The position numbers and the translations under genes were made by a program. Shown piece by piece: positions 38,295 through 52,600 of a stretch of DNA of 64,000 bases (its first letter is position 1; the number at the start of each line of letters is the position of its first letter). The notes under the pieces were generated by a model that had not been told where the DNA came from, did no database searches, and saw only the letters and a program-made list of their open reading frames with translations. The stretch is from Pecten maximus. Lineage: Eukaryota. Location: assembly GCF_902652985.1 (NCBI RefSeq), contig NC_047018.1:23622001-23686000 (forward strand), in the 5' to 3' direction.

Positions 38295-41200
38295 AACGTT
38301 GTCTATTGAAAATCTTCTATATTAACCTTTTTTTTTTTTTTTTAATTGTAGTAAATATACGTATATGGTTTAACTATTAGAAAAATAGTTTACCACAAAT
38401 ATATTTCAAACTTTCGAATGTATACTCACCTAAACTGCTATATACCAAAACATTTTACACAGTTAATTATCGGAGCCCAATATGATTTAGGTTACGTTTC
38501 CTTTAAGCTCAGAGTGTTTATTTGAAAACTAAAATCAATTGTCGAATCCGGGTTTTTTTTTTTTTTTTTTTTTCTAGAATTACTTAAATCCGGAATACTA
38601 TACCAGGGATGCTGGTTTTCTTTTACATCTGTAGTATATGTAGACAAACGATAAGTCATTGTTTCAATTCGATCTTCTTGTTGGAAAGCAAGAGCTTTAA
38701 ATCAGAATATTTGCCTGTACTACTGTTTAAAGATATAATCTAGAATTAAAGATGCCTGTTAGAGTATGTGGGTTTTTGTTCCTGTGTAAAGACGCATGAT
38801 ACATTTCTTCACTTTACTTCAACTTTTACTTGTAGCAAGCGACAGAGCGAGCTGAAGTCTCTCGAAATTTCGGGTACAGCTACCCCCTATCTAAAACAGT
38901 GTTAAAGGTGCCTCGTCGCTGTATGTCACAGTTACGTGGTTCCACAGAGGCCCAGCAGTTCCAATTACATCACTTACAAATAACAAAGGAAAGCATGCTA
39001 CAGTATTATTTAAATTGGAAATTCTAATCCCTATGAAACCTATACAACAATATAATAGATCATTGGTTGGAATGACGAGATGTCGATCAAAATGTCCTGA
39101 ACAGGTAAAAATAAACAATTGTGCGTTTTAAAATACAGATGGGAAATTCCAAACGAATGGTGTAATACAGACGATGATCATTTTACCGCACATTGCTGAC
39201 ATTTTTGTCTCGGATATGAAAAAATGCATATTGTTGTTAATATGAATCTATTGGTCATGGAAAGAGATTTTGATTGCATGTGTCAATTCGCTTTTAAAAC
39301 GTAACACATCATGGAGAGTGATTATATCGTTTTCTAAACCAATAATTTCATTTAAACCAACTACAATATTGTGTATGCATATTTGATACCAATTACTAAA
39401 TTAGATTAAAAATCAAGCTATTATTGATAATGACATCGCATGTTTTCCGAGAAGAAAGAAATACGGTATCTTTAAAATTATTAATTAAACTGCTATTCAA
39501 GCAAAATTATTATGTATCTGGTTATATTCTTTGACCCACAAACTATGTCGGAGACTAATTCAGACAAACCCGGCCAGGGAACTATGAAAAAGGACGCAAT
39601 GACTCATACGACTTCTTCAACATACCCGTCAATTCAGTATCAACTTAAAAAAATCATTCCATAAAATACTGTAGCGATGTAATTATATTTGACTGAAGAA
39701 TGACAAACTATTTTCCACTGTCCACAATGGTTCGGTTCGGTATCTTGAAGATATTTGACAATGATTCAACAGGGGGTCTCCCGAGCGTTTGACATACACT
39801 GGACAGCAGGCATTCCAAAGTTTGTTTGCTGATGGAGTTGTGTTTCAATGTCTTCATACCGATGATAAATCATCCAGCACTGTTTGGGTGTTCTAATCTT
39901 ACGTGTTGTAGTCATCACTCACATAATTTAAATAGTCTTTAATTTATCCGTTTTGCGCTTGTCACAAATATCTACAGATCTAAAGGTATCGGTTTACCCC
40001 AAGACTGACAAGGATATATATTACGTTTATTTTTTTAACATTCTGACACAAACGAGATTTGCAAGGTGTAAGACGAGACATGTAACGTTTGTGTACATGC
40101 TGTTAATCCTGTTTAGGTGTAGTTATCTCACGTGTCCGTCTACCCACCCTGTTACCCTAGTGGGATTTCGATCACTATTGTCTCAGGTTGAAGGTGTCAA
40201 CGGTACTGAAGGGAATGTTTTGATCTCGGATATGTGATTGTGTGTATGTTGCTGTTGTTTTTTTGTTTTTTGTTTTGCATATATTCTGAAAATATTTATT
40301 TTGATGGTTTTTGATGGAACCATTTTATTTCTCTCTACGTCGTGTCAATGCAATAACATCAGACAAAAAAGATAGAGCAGAATTAACTATCATAGACGAA
40401 TACTGGCAACAGGAAACAACATACACGATGTGAACACTTGTCCTAGAATGGCAGGAGTGTCATTGTGTGAATGTCACTAACGAAAGTCAATAAAGTACCA
40501 ATCATGGTAGGAAAGTGACAGTGGCGCTAGTGAATTTTTTCAGCGTAGGTTAAAGTGTCTCTGGTAGAAAACCATGCCTACGTAGTTCTAACAGGACGAG
40601 TCTTAATAAAAATGCTGATATGCTACGGATGCTTATAGGCCAGACATAACGAAAGCAGTACGACGATGTACGTCATACTATCGATTTATTGTTAACATTT
40701 CCCCAGCATCTACTGAAGGTGTCCGTCCAATCTGTCTTAAACTTCTTTAAAATGTTCAGCCATACGTTTTTAATATACACTAAATTTCCATGGCTCCTTT
40801 AAATAACCATTCATATGATGAATTTTATAATCACACATTTTCCTCCCTTCGAGAATTACTCTTATTCAAATGTTGTGTTATTTTACAGTGACATTTAAGC
40901 AATTCGTTTAATTGTATGATTATTGTTCATAGCAATTTGTTAAAGGACACTGATGAGAAAACAACAACAGAGGAAATGTGGAATGACATTTGACCACCGT
41001 CTTAGGACTGCCCGAGGATGTACGGCAGATTTCGATTGCCTCCACACATTAAGCTTCGTACAGTAACATCAGCAATTTCTTTTTCTCTTCAAATTACATA
41101 ATTTCGTCTTATTTCAACTAAAACTAAGTTTTTATTACCAAATTGAAAAACAAAAAATACTATTCGTGTTTAAGTACGATTTTTAGCGTATTGAATGGTC

Positions 41201-44200
41201 GATTTCCCAATTCACTTTTGTTTCGTGCCCGAGGGAAGAGTTGATTAAAACAAACATGGGGTTAACATCTAGTCACGTAGGAATCCCAAGTCGTATTTTT
41301 ATTAAGTGGCAAGCGACTCCCAGTATCAGAAAGCAGCATCTTGATTTTTTCTGGTTTTTATTACATTTATTTCCAAAAAAAAACCATCTAGGAACAGCCG
41401 GGGTTTAACAAGTGTGAACGAGTGGGTTCGTCAGCCCTAATTAATGAGATATATTGTTGTCTTAATCCTGATGCTGTTATCAGGGAAGGAATGGGACCTC
41501 TCTTGCTGTGAAACATATTCCGATGCAGGACTACTAACATAGGTAAGATAAATAATTCAATTTATAAATTCTCGCATATTATATTTACAAATCATAATAT
41601 ACATGCATTCATTCAGATAATTTTCTCTGGTGTTTCAAGACTTTTTATTACATACTATGGTGTTGCATGTTTTACATAAACTAGCGCTTATAAATATATA
41701 CCAAAAACCAAGAATATTAGATAGTTCTCCAACTTCTAATCCATTTCCATTTGTTTCTAAACAATAATGAAATCAATGCAAATGTTTGTAATTGGGCCAT
41801 CTTGACTTTTCTCACTATTCAACAATTTTTGATAATATTATATATATCATGGCGCCACATCCTCGAAAGGGAATGGTAACGTGAATTTATGCCAAAAGTA
41901 TGAATATCAGGGTGACTTATGTGGGTATGTCCTCAGGTCAAGTTATAACATCCCGATTGCTTTAGTCCATATAAAGACTACGATTGGTACAGCTAGCCTC
42001 TTGGGACTCACACAGTGAAGTTTGGTATTTAATTAGTAGAAATATTGTCTCGGATGAACTAGCCGTTGGCAAGTCTGGTGATAAATTCGACATTTCCATT
42101 ATCTGTATTATATCATGGTTCCGTCGTCAGTGACCCGGTTCTCACTTAAAGGAATTGGTATTACTTTAATTTGAGATATATATATATAGACTGTTGTCGA
42201 TGGAGAAAAAGACGCTTCCCTTTAAGGAACTAATTTTAGACAAGGGTAGTTTTGCTCATAATTATTATATTAACTCTAGATGTATGCAACATTATATAAC
42301 ATTCGAGTGAATATATGGTATTGCGACTACATTTTGCTGAATATTCATTTTCATTGTACTATATCCATGCGTTGCTCTAAAGATATAACTCACGAGAAAT
42401 CAATCTTCTTAAAATGAATTGCGGAGATGGCTGACTAGTAATGGTTGTACGCGAAATGTTAATTAAATCATTATTATTCTGATAGTGAAATACTGGGTGT
42501 TGTTAACTAGTAATGATACTCATACTGTTACAAAATAAGTCACTAGTGTTGGTTGGTAACGGCAGTACCTGGAATATCAACTCATCATTTTTCCAATATT
42601 ATTGATAAATGTACAAAGAAGGTATACACCTCATATTTGTTTCAAGAGCACAATCCAGTACACATTGACTTTGAGAACTTTAAACACTATTAGATATAAA
42701 CGGAAATAAGTTGCTTAAGAGAAAAAAACATTCGTGCATTTACATTATCCAATGAATTTGAAGGTTTCCTCAAAGCAGGGTGATCTTGATTGAATAAAAC
42801 GGATTGCATTCTCTGTTGAACACCGCCGCATTTGTTTATGTTGGTAGAACAATTTTTAACTTCCTTTCGTACATTAAGTTAAGTGGTAGCAAGAACAGTA
42901 ACTTACAATATTGCATGTTACTCATTATTTTAGCAATGTCAACACAGCTTCAGTTAACAACCGTTTTCTCCGATGCTATTCGTGCAAGATACATATACAA
43001 TGTATCCCGGTGTTGGCAGACTTTTTTGGCACAGATTCAAATAGAGATCGGGGTCATTGTCGACAAGTCAGTGGCCGCTTGGCTTGACACCTGCTTGGCA
43101 TCGAATTCTGATTGTGCTGTCATTCTAAGAATACTCGATGCACAGAAGGCCATCGTCAGAGCATCGTTTTTCATGATCATTTTCTCGGAGACGAGACGCC
43201 ATATTGTAGAACCGGTTGATTGATCAATAAGAGTCAGTCTGCTGGTCCATGTCGAGGCAAAAAATTAATCTAAAAGAACCAAGTTACCGGCATCGAAAGA
43301 TGGAACCATGATTAAAACTATTGCCCCTTAAAAGACTCAGAATTTTAGTTTGCCAAAGGGCTATTTTTCTTAAGACAGAACAATTCATTGCAAGTAGTAT
43401 GATAATAAAATTACAGCAAATCAAATTCGCCCGGGAAAAGATGGAATAAAATAAATTATTATAGAACGGATAAGGAATCATATTGATAAATACTAAGGGA
43501 TGTTAAGGTCATAAGCAAAGAAAGGAAGGAAAAGCAATTTCTCGGTTGGACTGTCAGAATCTAAAGTTTATTCAAACGTATGTAATTTAGTAAGATATAA
43601 TTTTACAATAAGAAAAAAATATAGATGATAATAGTATTAATCCGAATCGTCAAGATAAAATCGATTAACTACATTTCCAATTAATGCAAATATATGTATA
43701 TATATATATGTTATGTATGTAAATCGCTTTTGTAATTGTTTTCTAACCGGTCAATTATAATGTAATTAGTTAAGTCTTTATATGATTTAAATCAATCACA
43801 TGATAGAGCGATCTACTCAATATAATAAAATCAGCAATTAAGTTTATTAGAACCGTACAGTGACGCGTATGAAACTTTGTAAAATATTTAACAAAGTTGA
43901 AAATGTATGAAATAACAAATTTAAAACTTTAAATTCCCTACTTATCAATAACAAAACCAATTTATTTATACAAAAATTGTAAGAATTCATAACAATCCCA
44001 AATATGATTGTGAAGTCTTAACTTTTTTAAAAACATTTTTATGTATTTCATTTAATAGATGCCCAGGCTTTTACATGTTTTATTTTTTGTTAATCATTGT
44101 CTTTTGCAACATGGACATAAAAATAATACAATTATGTCATGAAAGCCAGCTGTACATCTGAATTTTTCCATAAAAAAAACATCATAGTTTTTTTTTCATC

Positions 44201-47049
44201 TTTAGACAATTTCAAAGTTTTGATAAGTTGGCAATTTCATTGTTTCTGTATAAAGTAAACATACAAGATCACATCCGTGGGACAGTTTGTAATCCATCTT
44301 AACAAATATTGTTCATAAGTATGAAATTATTTAAACATCTGGATTGTTTATTGTTAAATACACAATTTGAATAAATTGATAAGTTAACAATGAAACGTCG
44401 GTGAAACAAAACATTATTTAGATAAAAGATAAACCTCTCTCATGACACACCATTAAGAGCGTAAAGTATGTACTTACCCTAGCAATGAGATTTAAAATTC
44501 CAAAACATACAGTGGTATTTGAAAGAATATTAATATATATATATATATGTTTAAAGACGTGTAACGCATTAGCCATTGCCAACTACGTAAATGTATATAG
44601 AATTCATAAATGCACCATGGCTGATCACACACAAAAAAACCTTAACACTTAGAAGCATTATAAACACTGCTGTAATGACCTAACATCATAAGGCTAAGTC
44701 ATATACTTCTCTGACGTATGAATATAGACCCTCCCCTTTTCAAATAACACCATGACAAGACACAGCATAGAGTCTCATTATTATGTTAACTTTGTCTGCA
44801 GGGTTCTTCAATGAGACTAGAGGTGACGCAGGACAATATATATATACAAACAAACGGCGTTCCCCTTCGGCATAGTACAAGCTGCACCAAAACAATACCA
44901 ACCATATCATTACCTGCGGCAGAGGCAAAGCAAAGCGGCAGAGATAACTAAGGTGTCCTTCTACCCGAGGTAACATTTTCACATTTCTTTCATATTTCTT
45001 GCGATATCAGGAATTGTATCTGTGTAAGCATTGATCACATGTCTCCCTGTTTCTAGCTTTTTCTTTGATGTTTACTTTTATATATGACATTGGTAACTGC
45101 ATAATTGTTTGTGCAGGATAAAATACTGCAACTTTTGAAGTGTTTCATTGATCTAACTTTAGATATTTTTCAGTCGGTAAAACATGAAAGGTAGAGCTTG
45201 AAATATTTGATTATTCTTAGATATGAAAATATATTAAAATATTCGATTTATATGTCATTCTCCTATTTATTTTGCGTGAATTTGTTTGATACAAATTCTG
45301 ATTAATTTGATGTAAATGTGATATTAGTTAGTTAAATAAAAATTATTCGTGTCATGGATTAATATTTTTGTTTTTCAGAGCACATTAACTTTTGTTCATT
45401 AAATTAATTTACAGATGGCCTAGTTTGTTCAAAGCGCCTGCACGAATAAAAGTTTATTGTTCATAATTAGGTATCATTATTCTACATATAAATAGAATTT
45501 TGCGTCAAATTGTACATATATTTTCTTTAATATCAAAATTTTGAAGAATACTTTATTTTCACTACAGTTATTTCGTCTTATATGTGTGGTGATACAGAAA
45601 CATCATAAATATTATATCATTAAAAAAGTGTTGGTCGGATGATGATCGTAGAAAAGTATACGGCAATTTGACTTTTCCTACAAAAAGGTTTAAATTTCGT
45701 CCTTTTCTGGTTAGTTAGGATACATGTGAACATACAATTACACAGAACAGATGATGCTGATCCGATATCATGCTTCAATGGCAGTTCTGATAGGAAAATG
45801 AAATTTAGGAATTACTTGTAATTATCAATTTGGTATCTGATTACATGTTTGTCATCACCTCGCGAAAATCTTTACTGTCGGTATCCTATCGATGAGACGA
45901 CATGCAGGTTCGCGTAAGAGAGAACGGTAGCTATGGCGTTTTGTGTCGGCTTACCTATAATAATCACGACTCGAATTCCCGTCGAAAACAGGGTGAGATA
46001 TTTCTGGTGTTTTCTTTTTGTAATTTGAGGGGAAAACAAACTTCAACTGAGTGATAGAACTCCCCCTTCTATTAAACCAATTCAGAAGGTTTGAATAGAT
46101 GTATCCGTCCGTTAAATGGCCCCTTACACATCCCAGTTTTACCACAATCTATTTGTAGTATTTACTCTTTCTTGTTTTCTATTGGGTTTAGCGGTAGCTT
46201 GGTCAAGCTTTTAAACCGGAAAATCATTGTTGTGTTCTCATTCGATTCTCTCACTTACACCATCACACTTGTCGACAGTAGAAAACTGGATATAATGAAG
46301 CAGCGGTGTCCTCGATTAAGTATTTGAAAGCTTAGTAAGTTTTCTCTTTTCTGTAACGTCCGATAGCTAAGCCATTATCTATATATGTATTCCACGAAAT
46401 GTTATAATATGATAAGAAATATACGATAACACTATACAGCTTACAGAATATACATATTGATAATAGTCACAATATAGCTTTCAAGTTTATGGCCAACTCC
46501 ATATATCCAAAATGATGTACCCACATAATTCTCAATAGACAAAAAAAGATTAATTTTGCTAACCATGTTGGAAATCCGGTGGAAATTATTGCTCTGGTCC
46601 TTCGTGAGCGGATGTATATAGGAATGAGAGAGCTCATATCGTCCAGCCATCATCCCACCGCGAGAGCAGGAGGCATGACGCTTGATTAAACACGTGTTCC
46701 GTAGTGGATTTATTATGCATAACAGAACCGTTTAGATAGACTTACACGAATGGCGACACCCACAAGTTAGCATAGAACTTGTGAACCAATCATCAGTCTC
46801 ACTGTCAAACTCGACAAAAAACTAATTTGAATCGGAATCACCTTCAATTAGAGATGATAACAGACTTTAGATATATGCTCTAGGTTAAGAGAACAAAAGG
46901 ATATTATTGCGTTGATTGTTGGGGCCGGGGTACAAGCTGCTATCTATGTTAAAGGAGATAGCTCGAAGCATCCGAACATCCCACTACTATACTGGTTCAT
47001 ACGGAGGGCGAATCAAAACTTGAGATTTTTCATTGATCGGTCATTGCAG

Positions 47050-47160
47050 AGTGAAAGTATAAGCCTGAGGAGGTAGCCAGGCCAGTCTAAGAACCACAGT
47101 TCCCCAAGGCAGGAGCTTGTGATGTCGTTCCTGGCCATCGAATCGAATTCACCCTGGCAG
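47050..47160 (+). other. Candidate exon with 5'UTR and possible start (ATG at 47122, MSFLAIESNSPWQ, phase 0)
   Basis: Acceptor ...TTTTTCATTGATCGGTCATTGCAG and consensus donor CAG|GTAAGT at 47161; locally GC-richer; all three frames are closed before the ATG. Confidence 0.27.
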
Positions 47161-48300
47161 GTAAGTTAAGATTCTTCTTACTTTCCCGTCATTTTTGTTG
47201 TACCCGTCTTTTCCCCGTGGCGAAACTTTGGAGTTCTATCCATCCACTTTACCCACCAGGTGCTGATACTACTGGAAGGCAAATCCGACAAAATTAGCAA
47301 CTTACACGATTTGTTTACTAATATTTCTTTACACACTTGCTTCAAGGGAATATTCGCAAAAGTAAAGAAGTTGAAACTTTTTTTATATCAAAACACGAAA
47401 CTGCACCTTTAGGCCTGCTTCAAGTTAGAATTAAATTGTATGACGACAGGATACTCATGCATGGTGTCTTGGGTTTCCGTTCCTTCTTTAATTCTGCATG
47501 ATTTGTCAATGTAATTATCCAACTATTCACGATCCTGAGTCGGATAGATCTTTGTTATTGCATAATTCCCTGGACGCGTTTTTAATTGCCTGTGGAAATT
47601 ACAAAGACTTTGTAAATACTGAGAAAGACCAATACCGTTATATGTATACACCACAAATGAATTATTGAAGGAAAACGAATGTTTCGTGTTTGTGCGTTAA
47701 TTGTGTCTACCTGAAGGGGAATGTGTCATGCTGCAGGTATCATGTCATATGCTTAGCACTATGGCACCTATACAAATACTTGTCACTCAACAACAATTGA
47801 CATCTGTAAAAGTTATAAAACTGAAACGACTGGATATGAATTTGTTCAAAACAAAGTAAGTAATATGTACTGTGTTGAATAGATATTTATTTTAATAATT
47901 TCTGATAATCTCAAAATAAAACCTAAATTAATAGTATATATTTTCATTTTAATTTTTAACATAAATTTACAATCAGTTGTTGGTCTGAAAATTGCCCGGG
48001 GTGATCTTAGATCGCCAGGTATTATTTATGTTTTCATAAAAATGTCGGCAGTGAGCTTAACCCAGTAGAATGATCTCAGGAGGCAATATAAATAAAAAGT
48101 AAATACACAAAGCAAGCACTCCAAAACTATAGAATGTTTTTAACACTTAATGAAAATATATTTTATTTCCTTCATTTTGTGTTTATGCAACAGTATGAAA
48201 AGTCGTTTGAGTGATTGGGTCTTGCTAACTTTGATTCAAAATTGAGTCAAATTATATTTATGAATTCATTTATTTCGTTTCATTTTTATTTCTTGTTTGA

Positions 48301-48330
48301 GTGGGGTGGGGGGGGGGGGGGGGGGGGGGG
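48301..48330 (+). repeat. Poly-G tract (G-quadruplex-capable), followed by a 20-bp direct duplication at ~48339-48379
   Basis: GTGGGGT plus G23, then TTTTCTTATCAATAACGGCA twice. Confidence 0.9.
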
Positions 48331-49398
48331 GATATTATTTTTCTTATCAATAACGGCATTTTCTTATCAATAACGGCATCTAGAATAATAAAATATTATT
48401 TGTTTAAAAACAGATGAATAAATATATTCAATTGTTCAAAGGATAAAAGAAAATAAGGCAATAGAAAATTGTTTGATAAGTATATGTAGTAAAAAGATAT
48501 ATTTAAAACCATTCCTTGCAATCTCTTTTCTCTTCTAGGGATATTCCATTTTTCATCTTACAATCTTATTGTATACAATTTATATTTCTATACAGTCAAT
48601 ACCTTTGATGTATTTTGTCTAAAATATTGCTATCCAATGTTTCTGTTAGTATTTCTTGTTAAACTCATTTGTTTCTGTAGAAAACAGGACATTATTCATT
48701 ATTTTTACGATCTGCCATTAAACACAGGAGAGCATACCATTATAAGGTCCAATATCAGGTGAAGAATTAAAATTCATAATAAATGATACAAAAAATGTTA
48801 TGAAGGCAACTGGATTTGTAAAAGGACAGAAATTACCCGATATTGTCAATCGAGCTCATCCCATTCCTAATATGTAAAACGAAATAAGGCTCTAATCTAA
48901 TTTCATTCGGAATAAATACATTAATATTTGTGTCATGATCACGGCAGGAAAGAGTTAAATAAATCACTGCATAATTTAAGCATTTAACGAATTTGATGGT
49001 ACCATTCATCGATCTCTTTACGCTGCTTAAATTGTTTGAGGAGCAGCGCAAATTGACAGATATAGCACGGATAGACTTTAAGTGAAACAGCTGATTGGAC
49101 TAGCCATGTAATGAAGTAGATACAATATAGTATCAATTATGCAATATAACCAGAATTAATGGCTTATTAATTTTGGAGAAAAAGTCCATGTCTTTGTGTC
49201 AATACAACCGCCAAGGTATGTCGCCGTATATGAAGGTACAAAATTTATTAAATAAAATTGTATTGAACAGCTGTGAATAAAATTTCCCTTAAAACAAAAG
49301 CAGACGATTTATCATATTAACATCAATAACCCCAGCTGTGTGCGACTGCGTATGACGCGTGGAAATGTAGCATTTTGTAATGACATTTTATTATCTAT

Positions 49399-49680
49399 TG
49401 TACAATGACAGTTTACTGTTTAATGTCCTTTGAAAACATGCTGTTTTGTACGATGACAGTTTACTATTCAATGCGCGATGACAGTTTACTATTCATTGTA
49501 CGACGACAGTTTATAATTTGTGCGCGATGACAGGTAACTATTTAATACGCGATGAAAGTTTATTATCAAGCGTGCGATGACAATTTACTATCTAGTGCGC
49601 GACGAGTTTGCTAATTAGTGCGCGATGACAGTTAAATGTCTTTTTGGTGGTGATAGTTTATGATGTAGTTTGCGATGTAT
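49399..49680. repeat. Degenerate ~25-bp tandem repeat (TGCGCGATGACAGTTTACTATTCAA), ~10 copies
   Basis: GCGATGACAGTTTA and variants recur at ~25-nt spacing. Confidence 0.85.
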
Positions 49681-52600
49681 AATCCGCCTTTTTATGAACC
49701 ATTTATTTATTATCGTAAGTGGTCACTGGGATTATAAACAGTAATAAAATAAAAACAAAATAATCAACAACAACTATCACTTACTATATATATAAATACA
49801 TCTAAGTAATCATTTAAAACAGCTGACTACAAAAGCATGAATATCGTCAGTATTTGTTTTGGTAATTCATTGATGAATTCTTAACGACCTTAGAAAATAT
49901 AAATTTATATTAAAAAAAACCTTTATTCAAAATGGATTGTCACTGTGCTACCACTACATGGCAAACCTAATTAACTGATTATACAAAAACATTCAGTAGA
50001 TGAAATAGAGTAAAATAGTAACAACCGCAATAGCTGTAATTAATAGAACGCATTAAAACTGGGTTTTTTTCACAAAAGTTAAATTGAATTATAACACAGA
50101 CCCACCTGGCAGGGTGTGCCTAGTCATTTTAACAAATACCATAGTGACAGCTACACTCACATCTGGCGTTCACTTTCATTCCATAAGTGGCCGGAACTAT
50201 TGTCCAGCTAACTTGTCGTCATTTATCTATGACCTCGTGCCGCATTGTCCCCTCTAGCAAATCAAATCTGTTTCGCAGGTAAACTGTGAATAAATGCCCT
50301 ATGTATTATCAGAATCGGGGACATTTATATTTCAAAACAGAATTTTCCCTGAAAAGAAAACATGCATGCACTAAATAATGAAAAATAAAGGTATGAAGTA
50401 AATGTGAATTAAACCTCTTCAATTTGAAAACATTTATGTTTGATAAATAAATATACGGTATTAAAATAAAACGACCATACTTGCTTATCTCTTTGCTCGG
50501 TAGATACACTATATTTATCGCTGTGTGATGTTTTATGTAAACACTAGAAATATCGTAGTTTGTGTTATAACCAAACTTCTAACTTATATTCTGGGCATGA
50601 AGATGATAGCTGAAAGCCATTGGCTGAAACATGTTTCGTAGTCAGGTCTTGAAGGCAGTGTCTTGGCTGTGGTTGACGTGTTTGAATCAGTTGTATTGTG
50701 ATTGTGAAAGCATTGTCTTTGATCGCCTTGTTCAACATCCGCTTCACACAAATAAAATATGCACGGTCCCCAAACCAATTAAACGCTTCATCATTTTGGA
50801 AAACACAAACGTGCATAGCCGATGTAAACTCATCAAATACACTTGCATTTAAGCATGTATTCTTTATTTCTTTTGAACGTTTCATTTAGTGTTTAAAACG
50901 AACAAAAAAACATTCCTATCGAAAGTCGTTTCCTTATTTAATACGCAAACTTTGAATAATGGTAGCAAAATAGATAGGTAATTTTACAACAAATAAGATC
51001 TTATTAAAATGGCAAATATCCATATATCAGTATAAGTTATGGACATATCAAAAATTTGAAATAATATTGAAATCGAATATATGCGAATTATTGGGCTCTA
51101 TTATGAATATGCTACTTTGTGGTGTCACTTTCTATTTTAAGATTTATCAACATGAAACATTCGAAAGAGCTACGGCAGCTATTTTATAGTCGGTAAATGA
51201 GTGTTTGAATCAAATGGAAACATGAATATTATGTAAGGAGGTTAGTCTCCGCCTCCAGAATTCAAAAATAACTTTAAAGTCTATCCCATTTAAAGACTTG
51301 GAGTAGTATGTGATAGATAGCTGTGGACAGATTAAGTTGATGTTTGAAATAGAGTGGTAACCTTTTTGAGTGACTAAACAAATATTTAACCGACTACCGT
51401 TTTGATTGACTGTACCTTGTAAATTGTATATAGTAACTATCAGATTTATTTAAACAACTTCAGTGCCACTTGTTTTATATAATTGACCAAAACTTGATAA
51501 AAAGCACTAACTTATACATTTGGCGTTAAAATAAATGTTTTCCGAACAAATATCAAACTTACATGCAAATTCAGCAGACAATCGACTATCTAATTACTGC
51601 CTTTTTTTTATCTATTTACTTTTACTTTAATGTTAAGATACCAAAACGTAACTTTTCGCTCTGTGCAGTGGACAACCGGACTGGATGTACATGGAAAAAA
51701 ACGACCCACTCTTATTTCAGTCATGTAATGATGCATGTTTCATCGGAGTTACGACAAATATATTTTAACATTCGGGAAAGTATAGTGTAATTTAGTTCCT
51801 TCTACATCAAACAATGGTAAATAATCGACAGTATGTGATGTTAATTGTGATCGGTGTCGTATGTGCACATACGTTGATGACATGTTGGCACTTGGATGAA
51901 AAATTCTGCTCACTACAATATGGCGTGTGTACGGTAACATATGTAGCACGCGCTAGTGTTGACTCGGGTTCGTCCCTCCTGCGTCGGAAAGCGGTACCAT
52001 GGTCCCATAACTACAGACATAACGGGGCAATGTCACAATTACTATATCAGCACTATCCTATCAGCGCCCCGTGTGTTCACCTATAACCTTTGACCTCATG
52101 TCAATTTCCTCAGCAGTAACAGCAGCGGCAGCCTCTGGCGATGTCCTGTGTGGTTCTATCGAGACGATCTGATCTAGCGGTCTAAACCTTAAACCATCTG
52201 TGTCATCAAGATTGGATAAAAGAATTCACCATACTTTGTAACATCATCTAATTTCTCTCTTTAATTATTTTGAGTGTTATAATTTATTATATCGAGTTAT
52301 TTAAAAGATAGTTTGTGACCTCCCATCAACCAACTGAAAGAGTGTCTCAGGAAATAATGTAATGGAATACGCTAAGATGCTGATACGAGAAAGAGAAGTT
52401 GGATTTAAATTTTGAAATGTGACAATTCTTTACATAATTTTTATGTAGATCGCAATAATTTAACTAGCTGACTCTCAGCATCGGAAATAAACATCACTAG
52501 TAATAGAAAGAAAGCAAAGACATAAAAATGGCATAGTCCTCTCATCAGAAAAAGCAGAAAAGACACAGTTTAAGGTAATAAAAACAAAAAGGAAATACAG

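Noticed and set aside
42804-43223. 139-aa ORF and GC-richer segment
   Set aside because: Non-ATG start and no recognisable motif; the minus-strand frames are interrupted by stops. Possibly a transposon remnant but unassignable.
50565-50889. Four overlapping ORFs (63-106 aa)
   Set aside because: No frame gives a recognisable family; low stop density alone is insufficient evidence.
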